Part shown: piece by piece, positions 1 through 10,091 of the stretch | Layout of the letters: each line of letters starts with the position of its first letter | Numbering within the stretch: the stretch's first letter is position 1 | Origin: Bacteroidales bacterium | GTDB lineage: Bacteria; Bacteroidota; Bacteroidia; Bacteroidales; UBA12077 | Length of the DNA: 37,412 bases | Direction of reading: 5' to 3' | NCBI GenBank assembly: GCA_028282585.1 | Contig: JANQHR010000121.1 | Location: 1-37,412, forward strand | The notes under the pieces: generated by a model | What the model was told of the DNA's origin: nothing | The model's input: the letters and a program-made list of their open reading frames with translations, nothing else | Database searches by the model: none | Program-made: the position numbers and the translations under genes

Positions 1-61
1 AAAACCAAGCTTATTTAATTGATTATCAATGTGTTATATAACTTATTTTAAAATGTTTAAC

Positions 62-90
62 AAAAAAAGTCGGAAGAAAAATCTTCCGAC
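62..90 (-). terminator. Intrinsic terminator of the DUF2795 gene
   Basis: Perfect 9-bp stem GTCGGAAGA(69-77)/TCTTCCGAC(82-90) with 4-nt loop. The A7 run at 62-68 is a U-tract on the minus strand, 30 nt past the stop. Confidence 0.85.
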
Positions 91-119
91 CATGACTGCT
101 TTAAAGTCCCTTTTTTATT

Positions 120-341
120 CTAGTATTCATCTTCGTTGAAAAAGAAATCATCTTTACTTGGATAATCAGGCCAAATATCTTCAATGCTCTCATAAATCTC
201 ACCTTCATCTTCAATTTCTTGAAGATTCTCAATAACTTCTAATGGTGCTCCCGAACGAATTGCATAGTCAATAAGCTCTTCTTTGCTCGCTGGCCAAGGT
301 GCATCTTCTAATTTAGATGCTAATTCTAGTGTCCAATACAT
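120..341 (-). CDS. DUF2795 domain-containing protein
   Basis: 73 aa MYWTLELASKLEDAPWPASKEELIDYAIRSGAP..., a highly conserved small acidic Bacteroidota protein. Has its own promoter and terminator. Confidence 0.9.
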   Translation of the reverse strand: MYWTLELASKLEDAPWPASKEELIDYAIRSGAPLEVIENLQEIEDEGEIYESIEDIWPDYPSKDDFFFNEDEY

Positions 342-376
342 ATATAATTAGTTTTAATTATACCCTTAAAATTTTG

Positions 377-405
377 CAAATATAAAAATAAAATTGAAAA
401 ACAAA
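377..405 (-). promoter_or_regulatory. Bacteroidota housekeeping sigma promoter for DUF2795 gene
   Basis: Minus strand TTTG (405-402), N17, TATATTTG (384-377) matches the -33 TTTG / -7 TAnnTTTG consensus. Confidence 0.65.
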
Positions 406-416
406 ACTTTTTGTTA

Positions 417-977
417 TTAAACTCTCGGTTTCCAAGGTATTTCTTTGGCGTCTAGGTCTATAGAAAGCTTGCGAGATAAAACAAACAAGTAGTCTGATAA
501 TCTGTTTAAATATTTTATAACGTTTTCACTGTTTTTATACTGATTTTGTACTTTTATTGCTAGTCTTTCAGATCTTCTGCAAACATTTCTTGCAACATGA
601 CAGTAAGAAACTGTTGTATGTCCTCCAGGTAGTATAAATGATGTTAATTGAGGTAACTCTTCGTTCATTTTATCAATTTCTTTTTCCAATTTTTCAATAT
701 CGCTATCATACATTTCAGGGATTTTTACTTTACAGTCACTGCAATCTGTTGCAAGGATCGATGCACAGGTCATTAGTCGATCTTGTATTTCAATTAATAT
801 TGTCTTTATATCTGTTTTTATATCCTGATCTCTAATTAAGCCAATATATGAAATTAACTCATCAACCGTTCCATAAGCTTCAATTCTATCATGATATTTC
901 GGAACCCTGGTTCCGCCAATTAGCGATGTTTCTCCCTTATCACCTGTTTTAGTATATATTTTCCATTCTTTTTCCAT
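417..977 (-). CDS. ATP:cob(I)alamin adenosyltransferase, PduO type
   Basis: KIYTKTGDKGET, YGTVDEL, FILPGG, ARNVCRRSER, YLNRLSDYLF signature motifs. Confidence 0.93.
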   Translation of the reverse strand: MEKEWKIYTKTGDKGETSLIGGTRVPKYHDRIEAYGTVDELISYIGLIRDQDIKTDIKTILIEIQDRLMTCASILATDCSDCKVKIPEMYDSDIEKLEKEIDKMNEELPQLTSFILPGGHTTVSYCHVARNVCRRSERLAIKVQNQYKNSENVIKYLNRLSDYLFVLSRKLSIDLDAKEIPWKPRV

Positions 978-1043
978 TCTGTTCTGTACTTTAAAGAGAG
1001 AACGAAGTATAAGTAATTTTGTTTAATAATTCCGGTTAAAAGT

Positions 1044-1751
1044 TTAATTTAACGATATTGGATCTTTATTTATTTTGTCCGATTCGATCATTCCATCCTT
1101 GAGTCTTATTATTCTATGTGCATGTTGCGCAATATCTTCTTCATGGGTAACTAAAATAATTGTGTTTCCTCTTTTATGAATTTGATCAAACAGATTGAGT
1201 ATATCTACGGATGTTTTGGAATCAAGGTTTCCTGTTGGTTCATCAGCTAAAATTATAGATGGAGAATTTACCATTGCTCTTGCAACAGCTACTCTTTGCC
1301 TCTGTCCTCCAGAAAGTTCATTTGGTTTATGTGTCATTCGATCTTCCAATCCAACGCTAACCAATACATTTTCAGCTCTTTCTAGTCTTTCTTCTTTGTT
1401 AACCCCAGCGTAAATAAGTGGTAAAGAAACATTCTCAAGAGCAGAGTATCTCGGTAATAAATTAAAGGTTTGAAAAACAAAGCCAATTTCTTTATTTCTA
1501 ATTTCAGCCAACTGGTCATCTTCTAAGTGACTAACATTTGTATTGTTTAAAACATAATCACCTTCAGTTGGAGTATCTAAGCAACCTAAAATATTCATTA
1601 ATGTAGATTTTCCGGATCCCGAAGGTCCCATAATAGCTACATATTCGTTTTTGTTTATCGTTAAAGAAACAGAGCGTAGTGCACGAATAGTTTCTGCTCC
1701 AACATGATAATGTTTTATTAAATTGTTAATTTTTATTATTTTATCCATCAC
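1044..1751 (-). CDS. ABC transporter ATP-binding protein (LolD/MacB-like)
   Basis: Walker [20 protein letters not shown], signature LSGGQRQRV, Walker [13 protein letters not shown]-loop VTHE. Confidence 0.93.
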   Translation of the reverse strand: MMDKIIKINNLIKHYHVGAETIRALRSVSLTINKNEYVAIMGPSGSGKSTLMNILGCLDTPTEGDYVLNNTNVSHLEDDQLAEIRNKEIGFVFQTFNLLPRYSALENVSLPLIYAGVNKEERLERAENVLVSVGLEDRMTHKPNELSGGQRQRVAVARAMVNSPSIILADEPTGNLDSKTSVDILNLFDQIHKRGNTIILVTHEEDIAQHAHRIIRLKDGMIESDKINKDPISLN

Positions 1752-1819
1752 TAATTACTTGTGTGAATTTTTGAAAATACGAATTTAACTATTTTAAAAA
1801 GGATAATTTAACTTTTATC

Positions 1820-2611
1820 TTAAAACTTAATAATATAATGCTCTTTTGACAATTCTTCTCGAAAAAAGATTAAACCCATTCGATATAAATCAACTGAAAG
1901 CCTTACATTTTTATTGTTTTTGATCTCTGTCCAGGCTTCTTCCATTCCTTTTGACCAACGAATGTCGTCAAAAACAAAAACAGAATCATTATGTGACTTG
2001 TTTAAACAAAAATGAAAATACTTTAGTGTACTTTCTTTAGTATGATTGCCATCAAAGTACACAAAATCGAGTTTCTCAAAATCATTTAAAGCAGCTTCCA
2101 GCTTATCATTGATGTTACCCACAATAAAGTTTGTATTTAGATTAAGCTCTGAAGTTATTTTTTTTGCAATATTTACTTTTTCGGCCACACCTTCAATGCT
2201 AACAAAGTTAGATTTTGTAATTGCCCGTGCAATAAAGGCTGTGCTGATTCCTACCGAGGTGCCTAATTCTAATAGGTCTTTACAATTAAAATATTTTATT
2301 AATCTAAATAATAATGATCCATACTTTTTATTTACCGATGATTTTTTAATTATTTCTCCGACAGATAATCTCTTTGGTCGTGTATAACTTGTTCCTGCTC
2401 CAATTTCGTTATAAACTAATATTTCATTTGATTTTTTGTATTTTTTATATACTTCAAAAACCTTTTTTAAATCCTCATCGGCTTTTTTGTCATTTAAGAC
2501 TTTAATAATTAATTCAAAAAGAAATGGAGAATGGATTCCATGTCCTTTTCGATGTTTAGCAAAAAGCCTGTATTTAATAAAATTTAACGCATATTTTAAT
2601 CGTTGATTCAT
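1820..2611 (-). CDS. Class I SAM-dependent (O-)methyltransferase, Methyltransf_24-like
   Basis: N-terminal GHGIHSPF, motif I LELGTSVG, YFDGNH, FDDIRWS. Typical Bacteroidota gene upstream of this ABC ATPase. Confidence 0.85.
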   Translation of the reverse strand: MNQRLKYALNFIKYRLFAKHRKGHGIHSPFLFELIIKVLNDKKADEDLKKVFEVYKKYKKSNEILVYNEIGAGTSYTRPKRLSVGEIIKKSSVNKKYGSLLFRLIKYFNCKDLLELGTSVGISTAFIARAITKSNFVSIEGVAEKVNIAKKITSELNLNTNFIVGNINDKLEAALNDFEKLDFVYFDGNHTKESTLKYFHFCLNKSHNDSVFVFDDIRWSKGMEEAWTEIKNNKNVRLSVDLYRMGLIFFREELSKEHYIIKF

Positions 2612-2684
2612 ATTTTCTGATTGTCAAAAAAAACGTAATATTGTGTAACAAAAATAAAGTAATGAAATTTGTTTTCTCATTTTT

Positions 2685-4790
2685 ATGCCAGATTACTTAG
2701 ATCAGGAAATAAAATTCTTATCCGGAGTAGGACCTAAGCGAGCAGAACTTTTAAAAAAGGAACTGGAGATACATAATTTTGAAGATCTGCTTTATTATTT
2801 TCCTTTCAAATACATAGATCGTTCAAAATTTTACAAGATAAGTGAGTTAAATCCAAATTTTCCTCACATTCAGATTAAAGGAAAAATTTCTGGTTTTGAA
2901 ATAGTGGGCGGCGGAAATAAAAAACGATTAGTTGCTTTTTTTTCTGATGGAACCGGAAGTGTAGAATTGGTTTGGTTTAAAGGATTGAGTTATATCCAAA
3001 AAAGTTTAATGTTAAATACAGAATATATTGTATTTGGAAAACCAGGTTATTTTAACGGAAAATATAATATAATTCATCCTGAGGTTGAGACTTCATTGAA
3101 AAATCAGAATATTATAAGTGCAAATTTGCAAGCTCATTATAATACTACGGAAAAACTTAAAAAAAGCTTTTTACATTCTAAAGCCATTTCTAAACTAATA
3201 AATAATCTTTTATTAGGTTTAAAAGGTAAAATGCAGGAAACTCTGCCAGTTTATTTAATTAAAAAATATAAACTGTTATCATTGGAACAAGCTCTTTTTA
3301 ATATTCATTTTCCTCAAAACAATGATTTACTGAAAAAAGCTATTTACCGTTTAAAATTTGAAGAACTTTTTTATATACAATTAAATATTCTTCAGAAGAG
3401 AACAATCCGCATACATAAGTGGAATGGATATGTATTTTCTAAGGTTGGTAAATATTTAAATCAGTTTTATGATGAAAACTTACCTTTCAAACTTACAGCA
3501 GCACAAAAGAGAGTTTTAAAAGAAATTCGAAAAGATATTGGTTCTGGTAAACAAATGAACAGATTACTTCAGGGTGATGTAGGCAGCGGAAAAACTCTGG
3601 TCGCACTTATGAGTATGTTAATTGCATTAGATAACGGATTTCAGGCTTGCATAATGGCTCCTACAGAGATTCTGGCAAATCAGCATCTTGAAACTGTAAA
3701 TGATTTTCTGGAAGGAATGCCTATAAATGTTGGTTTACTAACAGGCTCAACCAAAAATTCTGTTAGAAAAGAACTTCATGAAAGCTTAGAGAATGGAAAA
3801 CTGCAAATCCTAATTGGAACGCATGCTCTCATTGAAGATACTGTTCAGTTTAAAAATCTTGGTTTAGTTGTTATTGACGAACAACATCGTTTTGGTGTTG
3901 CGCAACGTGCAAAACTTTGGAAGAAAAACGAACAACCTCCGCATATTTTAGTAATGACCGCTACTCCAATACCAAGAACATTAGCAATGACTATATATGG
4001 CGATTTAGATGTGTCTGTAATTGATGAATTACCGCCAGGAAGAAAACCAATTCAAACTATTCATTTATATGATTCTAAACGTTTAAGAATGTTTGGATTT
4101 TTAAAAGAACAGATTAAAAAAGGACGACAGATATATATTGTTTATCCATTAATAAAAGAGTCGGAGAAGATGGATTATAAAGATCTGGAAGATGGATATG
4201 AAAGCATATCTCGTGCATTTCCCCCGCCAAAATATTCAGTTAGCGTAGTTCATGGCCAAATGAAAGCTGAAGAGAAGGATGCTGCAATGGAGTTATTCGT
4301 GAAGCGTAAAACACATATAATGGTAGCAACAACAGTAATTGAAGTTGGTGTAAATGTTCCAAATGCATCGGTAATGGTTATAGAAAGTGCCGAACGATTT
4401 GGATTATCACAATTACATCAGTTAAGAGGCAGGGTTGGACGTGGTGCGAGTCAGTCTTATTGCGTTTTAATGACCGGATTCAAACTTTCCAATGAAGCAC
4501 GGAAACGAATCGATATTATGACTAAAACAAACGATGGTTTTGAGATTGCAGAAGCAGACTTAAAGCTTCGTGGACCCGGTGATATTGAAGGTACGCAGCA
4601 AAGTGGATTGGCCTTTGATTTAAAAATTGCAAACCTTGGACAGGATGGACAGCTCATTCAGTACGTTCGTGATATAGCAGATGAAATTTTAGATAACGAT
4701 CCGGATTTAAAGAAAACGGAAAATCAGATACTTGCTAATCAGTTAAAGAAAATTTCAAAGAAAAAAGTTGATTTTAGCGTAATAAGTTAA
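2685..4790 (+). CDS. recG: ATP-dependent DNA helicase RecG
   Basis: GVGPKR N-terminus, OB wedge, [55 protein letters not shown]. Confidence 0.98.
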   Translation: MPDYLDQEIKFLSGVGPKRAELLKKELEIHNFEDLLYYFPFKYIDRSKFYKISELNPNFPHIQIKGKISGFEIVGGGNKKRLVAFFSDGTGSVELVWFKGLSYIQKSLMLNTEYIVFGKPGYFNGKYNIIHPEVETSLKNQNIISANLQAHYNTTEKLKKSFLHSKAISKLINNLLLGLKGKMQETLPVYLIKKYKLLSLEQALFNIHFPQNNDLLKKAIYRLKFEELFYIQLNILQKRTIRIHKWNGYVFSKVGKYLNQFYDENLPFKLTAAQKRVLKEIRKDIGSGKQMNRLLQGDVGSGKTLVALMSMLIALDNGFQACIMAPTEILANQHLETVNDFLEGMPINVGLLTGSTKNSVRKELHESLENGKLQILIGTHALIEDTVQFKNLGLVVIDEQHRFGVAQRAKLWKKNEQPPHILVMTATPIPRTLAMTIYGDLDVSVIDELPPGRKPIQTIHLYDSKRLRMFGFLKEQIKKGRQIYIVYPLIKESEKMDYKDLEDGYESISRAFPPPKYSVSVVHGQMKAEEKDAAMELFVKRKTHIMVATTVIEVGVNVPNASVMVIESAERFGLSQLHQLRGRVGRGASQSYCVLMTGFKLSNEARKRIDIMTKTNDGFEIAEADLKLRGPGDIEGTQQSGLAFDLKIANLGQDGQLIQYVRDIADEILDNDPDLKKTENQILANQLKKISKKKVDFSVIS

Positions 4791-4881
4791 ACAAAACGTA
4801 GTTTTGTATTAAAGACCTGCCTGTTGGCAGATTAGTTTCAAATTGAGAGTAATCTAAAACCTGAAATCTGAAATACCATCC

Positions 4882-5703
4882 ATGAGAAAAGTAATTTTAA
4901 ATTTTGTATTTATTCTAATAGCAACCTTGACTTCAAAGTCACAAGAAAACTGTGAGATACAAAATAATGCATTTATCCCCGGAGAAAAACTTACATTTGT
5001 TATTACGTACAACTGGTTTTTTGTATGGACAGATGTTGGTAAAGTCGATTTTGAAGTTACAGAGGATAGAATATTTGGTCAGGACGTACTGAACCTTAAA
5101 GGAACAGGAGTTACTTTTCCTTTTTACGATTGGTTTTTTCAAGTTCGTGATGTTTATCAATCTTGGGTTAGACCTGATAATTTGTTACCGGTATATTATC
5201 ATCGCGATGTTAATGAAGATGGTTATATCATTGATATAAAATATAGGTATGATTTTGATAGCTTAGTTGCTTATTCAGAAGTAGAGAAAACGCGAAAACC
5301 ATATAAACAAGATACTGTGGAGATATTTCCCTGTACATATGATGTTGTCTCGGTTATTTATCAAGCAAGAAACATCGATTTTTCCAAATACAAAAAAGAT
5401 GAGAAAATCCCTTTCAAAATTCTATTAGATAATGAAATTCATGATGTGTTTATAAGATATAAAGGAAGAGAAGAAAAGAAAGTTCGCGGAGTAGGTAAAT
5501 TCAAAACCATTCTTTTTACAGGTTCCTTAGTAGCCGGTGATGTTTTTAAAGGAGGTGAAGATTTAAAAATCTGGGTAAGTGATGACGCAAATAGAATACC
5601 CGTATGGATAGAAAGCCCAATTATAGTAGGAACGGTAAAAGCTCGGTTAGTTAATTATGAAGGCTTAAAGTATCCTTTAAAATCGCTTATCAAAAAATAT
5701 TAA
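4882..5703 (+). CDS. DUF3108 domain-containing exported protein
   Basis: Signal peptide, F.PGEKLTF, YDWFFQVRD, IWVSDDANRIPV, VGTVKA motifs. Confidence 0.8.
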   Translation: MRKVILNFVFILIATLTSKSQENCEIQNNAFIPGEKLTFVITYNWFFVWTDVGKVDFEVTEDRIFGQDVLNLKGTGVTFPFYDWFFQVRDVYQSWVRPDNLLPVYYHRDVNEDGYIIDIKYRYDFDSLVAYSEVEKTRKPYKQDTVEIFPCTYDVVSVIYQARNIDFSKYKKDEKIPFKILLDNEIHDVFIRYKGREEKKVRGVGKFKTILFTGSLVAGDVFKGGEDLKIWVSDDANRIPVWIESPIIVGTVKARLVNYEGLKYPLKSLIKKY

Positions 5704-5712
5704 TACCATTTA

Positions 5713-5751
5713 ATTAATGCTTATTTAAAATTAAAATAAATAAGTATTAAT
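5713..5751 (+). terminator. AT-rich stem-loop after DUF3108 (probable terminator or 3' stabiliser)
   Basis: ATTAATGCTTATTTA(5713-5727)/TAAATAAGTATTAAT(5737-5751): 15 bp with one G-U pair, weak U tail. Confidence 0.4.
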
Positions 5752-5761
5752 GTTTGAAAAA

Positions 5762-5804
5762 CTGATAAAAAGCAATTTTTAATTTTTAAATACGGTTATT
5801 TTTG
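5762..5804 (+). promoter_or_regulatory. Putative rnf operon promoter with upstream Crp/Fnr-like box
   Basis: -7 element TATTTTTG at 5797-5804. CTGAT-N4-AGCAA at 5762-5775 matches TTGAT-N4-ATCAA at 8/10. Confidence 0.45.
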
Positions 5805-5834
5805 TATCCGATTTTAAAATTTTGAAAAATTCGG

Positions 5835-6257
5835 ATGTCAAATACTAAATCGATCGAACATAAGGGACGTATTGATTCAATTGAAGGTAACAAAATAAAC
5901 GTTAGCTTTATTGCAATGTCTGGATGTGCATCGTGCCATGCTAAAGGATTTTGTGGAGCTGCTGACATGCAGGAAAAAGCAGTTGAGGTGTACGATTTTT
6001 CTAATCAGTATCAGGTTGGTGATGAGGTAAATATAATTCTAAAACAAACGCTTGGTTTTAGAGCATTGTTTTTAGGTTATGTATTACCATTCATATTTGT
6101 ATTATTGATACTTATTGTTTTAACAGCAATTACTAATAATGAGGCAATTGCAGGCTTAAGCGCATTAGCAATACTAGTTCCTTATTATTTAGGTTTATAT
6201 CTGCTGAGGAACAAAATTCGAAAGAAATTTACATTTACTATAAATAAAATAGATTAA
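5835..6257 (+). CDS. rseC: RseC/MucC family protein (Rnf accessory)
   Basis: SGCASCHAKGFC cysteine motif, VGDEV, GYVLP and two TM helices. Located directly upstream of rnfB. Confidence 0.88.
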   Translation: MSNTKSIEHKGRIDSIEGNKINVSFIAMSGCASCHAKGFCGAADMQEKAVEVYDFSNQYQVGDEVNIILKQTLGFRALFLGYVLPFIFVLLILIVLTAITNNEAIAGLSALAILVPYYLGLYLLRNKIRKKFTFTINKID

Positions 6258-6268
6258 AAATCTGAAAC

Positions 6269-7186
6269 ATGAGTGCAACAATTTTGTTTACTATTATTTC
6301 TCTGAGTGCGATAGGGGCGACAGCTGCAATAATCTTGTATTTTGTAGCTCAGAAATTTAAAGTGTATGAGGATCCGCGCATTGATCAGGTTGATGAAATT
6401 CTACCTGCTGCAAATTGTGGTGGTTGTGGTTACCCTGGATGTAGAGGATTTGCCGAAGCTATGGTCAAGGCAGATGATTTATCTCCCTTCTATTGTCCTG
6501 TTGGTGGTAATGAAACAATGGCTCAGGTTGCCGAAGTTCTTGGGAAGGCAGTTGAAGCTAAAGATCCACAGGTTGCTGTTGTTCGATGTTCTGGTTCACC
6601 AACTCATCGCGAGAGAATTAATTCTTACGATGGTGCATCATCTTGCGCTATCTCTTCAAGTTTATACTCAGGCGAAACAGGATGTCAATTTGGTTGCCTA
6701 GGATTAGGTGATTGTGTTGACGTTTGTGATTTTGATGCTATTTACATTGACAAAGAAACAGGCTTGCCAGTTGTAGTTGATGACAATTGTACGGCTTGTG
6801 GAGCTTGTGTTAAAGCGTGTCCTAATGTAATCATCGAACTGAGAAAGAAAAATAAAAAAGATCGAAAAATATTCGTTTCTTGTGTTAACCATGATAAGGG
6901 CGGGGTTGCTAAAAAAGCATGTAAAGTAGCATGTATAGGCTGTAGCAAATGTGTTAAGGTTTGCCCTTATGACGCTATTACCATGGATAACTTCTGCGCA
7001 TTTATTGATGCTAACAAATGTAAGTTATGCAGAAAATGTGCAACTGAGTGCCCAACTAATGCAATTTTGGAGATTAATTTCCCACCCAAAAAGGTAAAAC
7101 CTGCAAATCCGGCAGAAGGTAAGGAAACTCCAAAGGCCGAGTCTAAAGAAACGAATAATAACGAAATTAATAAAAAGGAGGGATAA
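6269..7186 (+). CDS. rnfB: Rnf complex subunit B (polyferredoxin)
   Basis: N-terminal TM, LPAANCGGCGYPGC FeS motif, several CxxCxxCxxxCP ferredoxin motifs. Confidence 0.95.
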   Translation: MSATILFTIISLSAIGATAAIILYFVAQKFKVYEDPRIDQVDEILPAANCGGCGYPGCRGFAEAMVKADDLSPFYCPVGGNETMAQVAEVLGKAVEAKDPQVAVVRCSGSPTHRERINSYDGASSCAISSSLYSGETGCQFGCLGLGDCVDVCDFDAIYIDKETGLPVVVDDNCTACGACVKACPNVIIELRKKNKKDRKIFVSCVNHDKGGVAKKACKVACIGCSKCVKVCPYDAITMDNFCAFIDANKCKLCRKCATECPTNAILEINFPPKKVKPANPAEGKETPKAESKETNNNEINKKEG

Positions 7187-7187
7187 C

Positions 7188-8519
7188 GTGTTAAAAACAT
7201 TTCCTAAAGGAGGCGTTCACCCGGCAGAAGGAAAATATTCTGCTAACAGTGCAATTGAGGTATTACCGCTTCCAAAACAAGTATCAATCCCAATAGCACA
7301 ACATATTGGTGCTCCCTCTAAGCCCCTTGTTGCCAAAGGCGATAAAGTAAAAGTGGGAGATAAAATAGCCGAAAGTACCGGCTTTGTATCCGCTAATATT
7401 CATTCATCAGTTTCCGGAACAGTTGTTAAAGTTGACAATATTTTGGATTCAACAGGTTATAAGCGACCGTGCGTAATAATAGGTGTTGAGGGAGACGAAT
7501 GGAATGAAAGCATTGACAGATCAACTGGTTTGAAAAAAGAGATCAGTTTAACGGATAAAGAAATAATCAATAAAATAAATGAATCAGGTATTGTTGGTTT
7601 AGGTGGGGCAACTTTCCCATCGCATGTAAAACTTTCAATTCCGGATGATAAAAAAATCGATGTATTAATTATAAATGGGGTTGAGTGTGAACCATATTTG
7701 ACTTCAGATCATAGGTTAATGATCGAAAAAGCTGAAGAAATGCTGGTTGGTATTCAAATTTTAATGAAGGCCCTAGGTGTGAATTTAGCTTTAATCGGAA
7801 TTGAAAACAATAAGCCTGATGCAATTGAACACATTAAGAAATTGGTAAAAGATTATCCGGGCATTGAGGTTCACGCTTTAAAGGTTCAGTATCCTCAAGG
7901 CGGTGAAAAACAACTAATTAAAGCTTTGATTAATCGCGAGGTTCCTTCGGGAGGTTTACCATTGGATGTTGGAGCGGTAGTTCATAATGTGGGAACTGCA
8001 TTCGCAGTATATGAGGCAGTTCAAAAGAACAAGCCATTATTTGAAAGAGTAGTTACATTAACTGGGAAATCGGTTAAAAAGCCTTCTAACTTTATGGTTC
8101 GTATCGGGACTCCTACTTCTGATTTAATTGAGGCAGCAGGTGGTTTACCAGAAGATACAGGTAAAGTTATTAATGGCGGTCCAATGATGGGAAAAGCCCT
8201 TAACTCTTTGGATGTTCCTATTGTAAAAGGCGCGTCAGGAATTTTGATTATGCCTGTAGAGCTATCGCAAAGAAAGAAAGAAGTAAACTGTATTCGTTGT
8301 GCAAAATGTGTATCAGTTTGCGCTCAAGGATTAGAACCTTATCTTTTAAACAGGTTGGCCCAATTAGAGAAAAATGATAAACTGGAAACTGATGGTGTAA
8401 TGGATTGTATTGAATGCGGATCGTGTGCATATATATGTCCTGCAGGATTACCATTATTAGATTACATTCGTTTAGGTAAATCCAGAGTAAGTCAAATCAT
8501 AAGATCAAGAAAACAATAA
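7188..8519 (+). CDS. rnfC: Rnf complex subunit C
   Basis: GTG start after AGGAGG. GGVHP, QHIGAP, GIVGLGGATFP, NGVECEPYL, YPQGGEK, GGPMMG, CIRCAKC, CIECGSC. Confidence 0.96.
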   Translation: MLKTFPKGGVHPAEGKYSANSAIEVLPLPKQVSIPIAQHIGAPSKPLVAKGDKVKVGDKIAESTGFVSANIHSSVSGTVVKVDNILDSTGYKRPCVIIGVEGDEWNESIDRSTGLKKEISLTDKEIINKINESGIVGLGGATFPSHVKLSIPDDKKIDVLIINGVECEPYLTSDHRLMIEKAEEMLVGIQILMKALGVNLALIGIENNKPDAIEHIKKLVKDYPGIEVHALKVQYPQGGEKQLIKALINREVPSGGLPLDVGAVVHNVGTAFAVYEAVQKNKPLFERVVTLTGKSVKKPSNFMVRIGTPTSDLIEAAGGLPEDTGKVINGGPMMGKALNSLDVPIVKGASGILIMPVELSQRKKEVNCIRCAKCVSVCAQGLEPYLLNRLAQLEKNDKLETDGVMDCIECGSCAYICPAGLPLLDYIRLGKSRVSQIIRSRKQ

Positions 8520-9517
8520 TGAATAAATTATTTATATCACCATCTCCTCATGTTTATGAGGATACAACAGTAAAACGGCTGATGTTTGATGTTGTGATTG
8601 CTTTGCTTCCTGCACTTTTATTTTCAGTTTATTTCTTTGGAATGGGAGCAATCATCGTAACCTTAACAGCTGTAGTATCTTGTTTAGCTTTTGAATGGTT
8701 AATTCAAAAGTATATTTTAAAAGAAGAACCTTCAATTACGGATGGATCTGCCTTAGTAACAGGTATATTATTAGCATTTAATATTCCTACGAATTTACCA
8801 ATTTGGATTATCATTATAGGTAGTTTAGTTGCTATTGGCATTGGTAAAATGTCATTTGGAGGACTAGGAAATAATCCATTTAATCCAGCACTTGTTGGCC
8901 GTGTATTTATGCTAATTTCATTTCCGGTTCAAATGACAAGTTGGCCTGTACCAACAGGTTTTAACAATAGTTATACCGATGCTGTTACTGGAGCTACTCC
9001 GCTTGCAGTTATGAAAGAAGGAATTGGAGCAGGAGAATCGGTTTCTGCAATAATGGATAAAATACCTAGTCATATGGAGCTGTTTTATGGCTATATGGGA
9101 GGCTCAATGGGGGAAATTGCAGCAGCTGCACTTTTATTAGGATTAGGATGGATGTTATTCCGTAAGGTAATTAAAATACATATTCCTTTATCAATTTTCG
9201 TAACAATTGCGGTATTTACTGGAATCTTATGGTTAGTAAATCCAGAATCGAATGCTGATCCATTATTCCATTTATTAACGGGTGGTGTTATGTTAGGAGC
9301 TATATTTATGGCAACGGATTATGTTACATCACCGATGTCTGTTAAAGGAATGTGGATATTTGGAATTGGTATTGGAATTATTACAGTTGCAATTCGTGTT
9401 TTTGGAGCATATCCGGAAGGAATCTCTTTTGCAATCCTTATTATGAACGCTTTTGTTCCTCTGATTAACATGTATATTAAACCTAAACGTTTTGGAGAGG
9501 AGGTTAAAAATGGCTAA
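8519..9517 (+). CDS. rnfD: Rnf complex subunit D
   Basis: SPH N-terminus, FGGLGNNPFNPA, FMN-Thr motif DAVTGATPL, FMATDYVTSP. TAATG overlap with rnfC. Confidence 0.96.
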   Translation: MNKLFISPSPHVYEDTTVKRLMFDVVIALLPALLFSVYFFGMGAIIVTLTAVVSCLAFEWLIQKYILKEEPSITDGSALVTGILLAFNIPTNLPIWIIIIGSLVAIGIGKMSFGGLGNNPFNPALVGRVFMLISFPVQMTSWPVPTGFNNSYTDAVTGATPLAVMKEGIGAGESVSAIMDKIPSHMELFYGYMGGSMGEIAAAALLLGLGWMLFRKVIKIHIPLSIFVTIAVFTGILWLVNPESNADPLFHLLTGGVMLGAIFMATDYVTSPMSVKGMWIFGIGIGIITVAIRVFGAYPEGISFAILIMNAFVPLINMYIKPKRFGEEVKNG

Positions 9518-10091
9518 TAAAAAAGAATCAACATTTGTAACCATGGTGCTAACATTGTTCATTGTGACATTTATTGCGTCAGCAGCTTTAGGTTACCTAT
9601 ACGAATTAACTAAAGACCCCATTGCAGCAAGTAAATTAGCTAAACAGAATAATGCTATTATGAAGGTAGTACCTGAGTTTGATAATGAACCAAGTAAAGA
9701 AAAATATGGAATGTTTGTTGATGGAGATTCATTAATTTTCTTTCCTGCTAAAAAGAATGGTGAGCTAGTTGGTACTGCAGTAAGCACATTTACGAATATA
9801 GGGTACATGGGATATATTGGACTAATGGTCGGATTTTTACCTGATGGTTCAATTCATAATATATCAGTTCTGGAGCATAAAGAGACTCCAGGTTTAGGAG
9901 ATAAAATGAAAAAAGATAAATCAGATTGGAGCATTCAGTTTAATGGAAAAAATCCAGCTGATTTTCAATTAAGTGTAACTAAAGATGGTGGTGATATAGA
10001 TGCAATAACAGCTTCAACTATTAGCTCCAGGGCATTTTGTGATGCCGTTCAAAGAGCTTATGATGCATATATGGAAGGAGGTAAACAATGA
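9510..10091 (+). CDS. rnfG: Rnf complex subunit G
   Basis: N-terminal TM, GYMG, ETPGLG, DAITASTISS. Start moved from TTG 9492 to ATG 9510, which lies 5 nt after AGGAGGT. Confidence 0.94.
   Translation: MANKKESTFVTMVLTLFIVTFIASAALGYLYELTKDPIAASKLAKQNNAIMKVVPEFDNEPSKEKYGMFVDGDSLIFFPAKKNGELVGTAVSTFTNIGYMGYIGLMVGFLPDGSIHNISVLEHKETPGLGDKMKKDKSDWSIQFNGKNPADFQLSVTKDGGDIDAITASTISSRAFCDAVQRAYDAYMEGGKQ

Noticed and set aside
18-30. ATTGATTATCAAT dyad as an Fnr box
   Set aside because: The spacer is 1 nt rather than 4, it lies downstream of a terminator, and the context is cut by the window edge.
1044-1751. ABC ATPase without adjacent permease as a novel system
   Set aside because: The methyltransferase-ATPase-adenosyltransferase-DUF2795 arrangement is an ordinary Bacteroidota neighbourhood, and the permease is probably encoded elsewhere.
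9492-9509. TTG start for rnfG
   Set aside because: This stretch contains the AGGAGGT ribosome-binding motif for ATG 9510.
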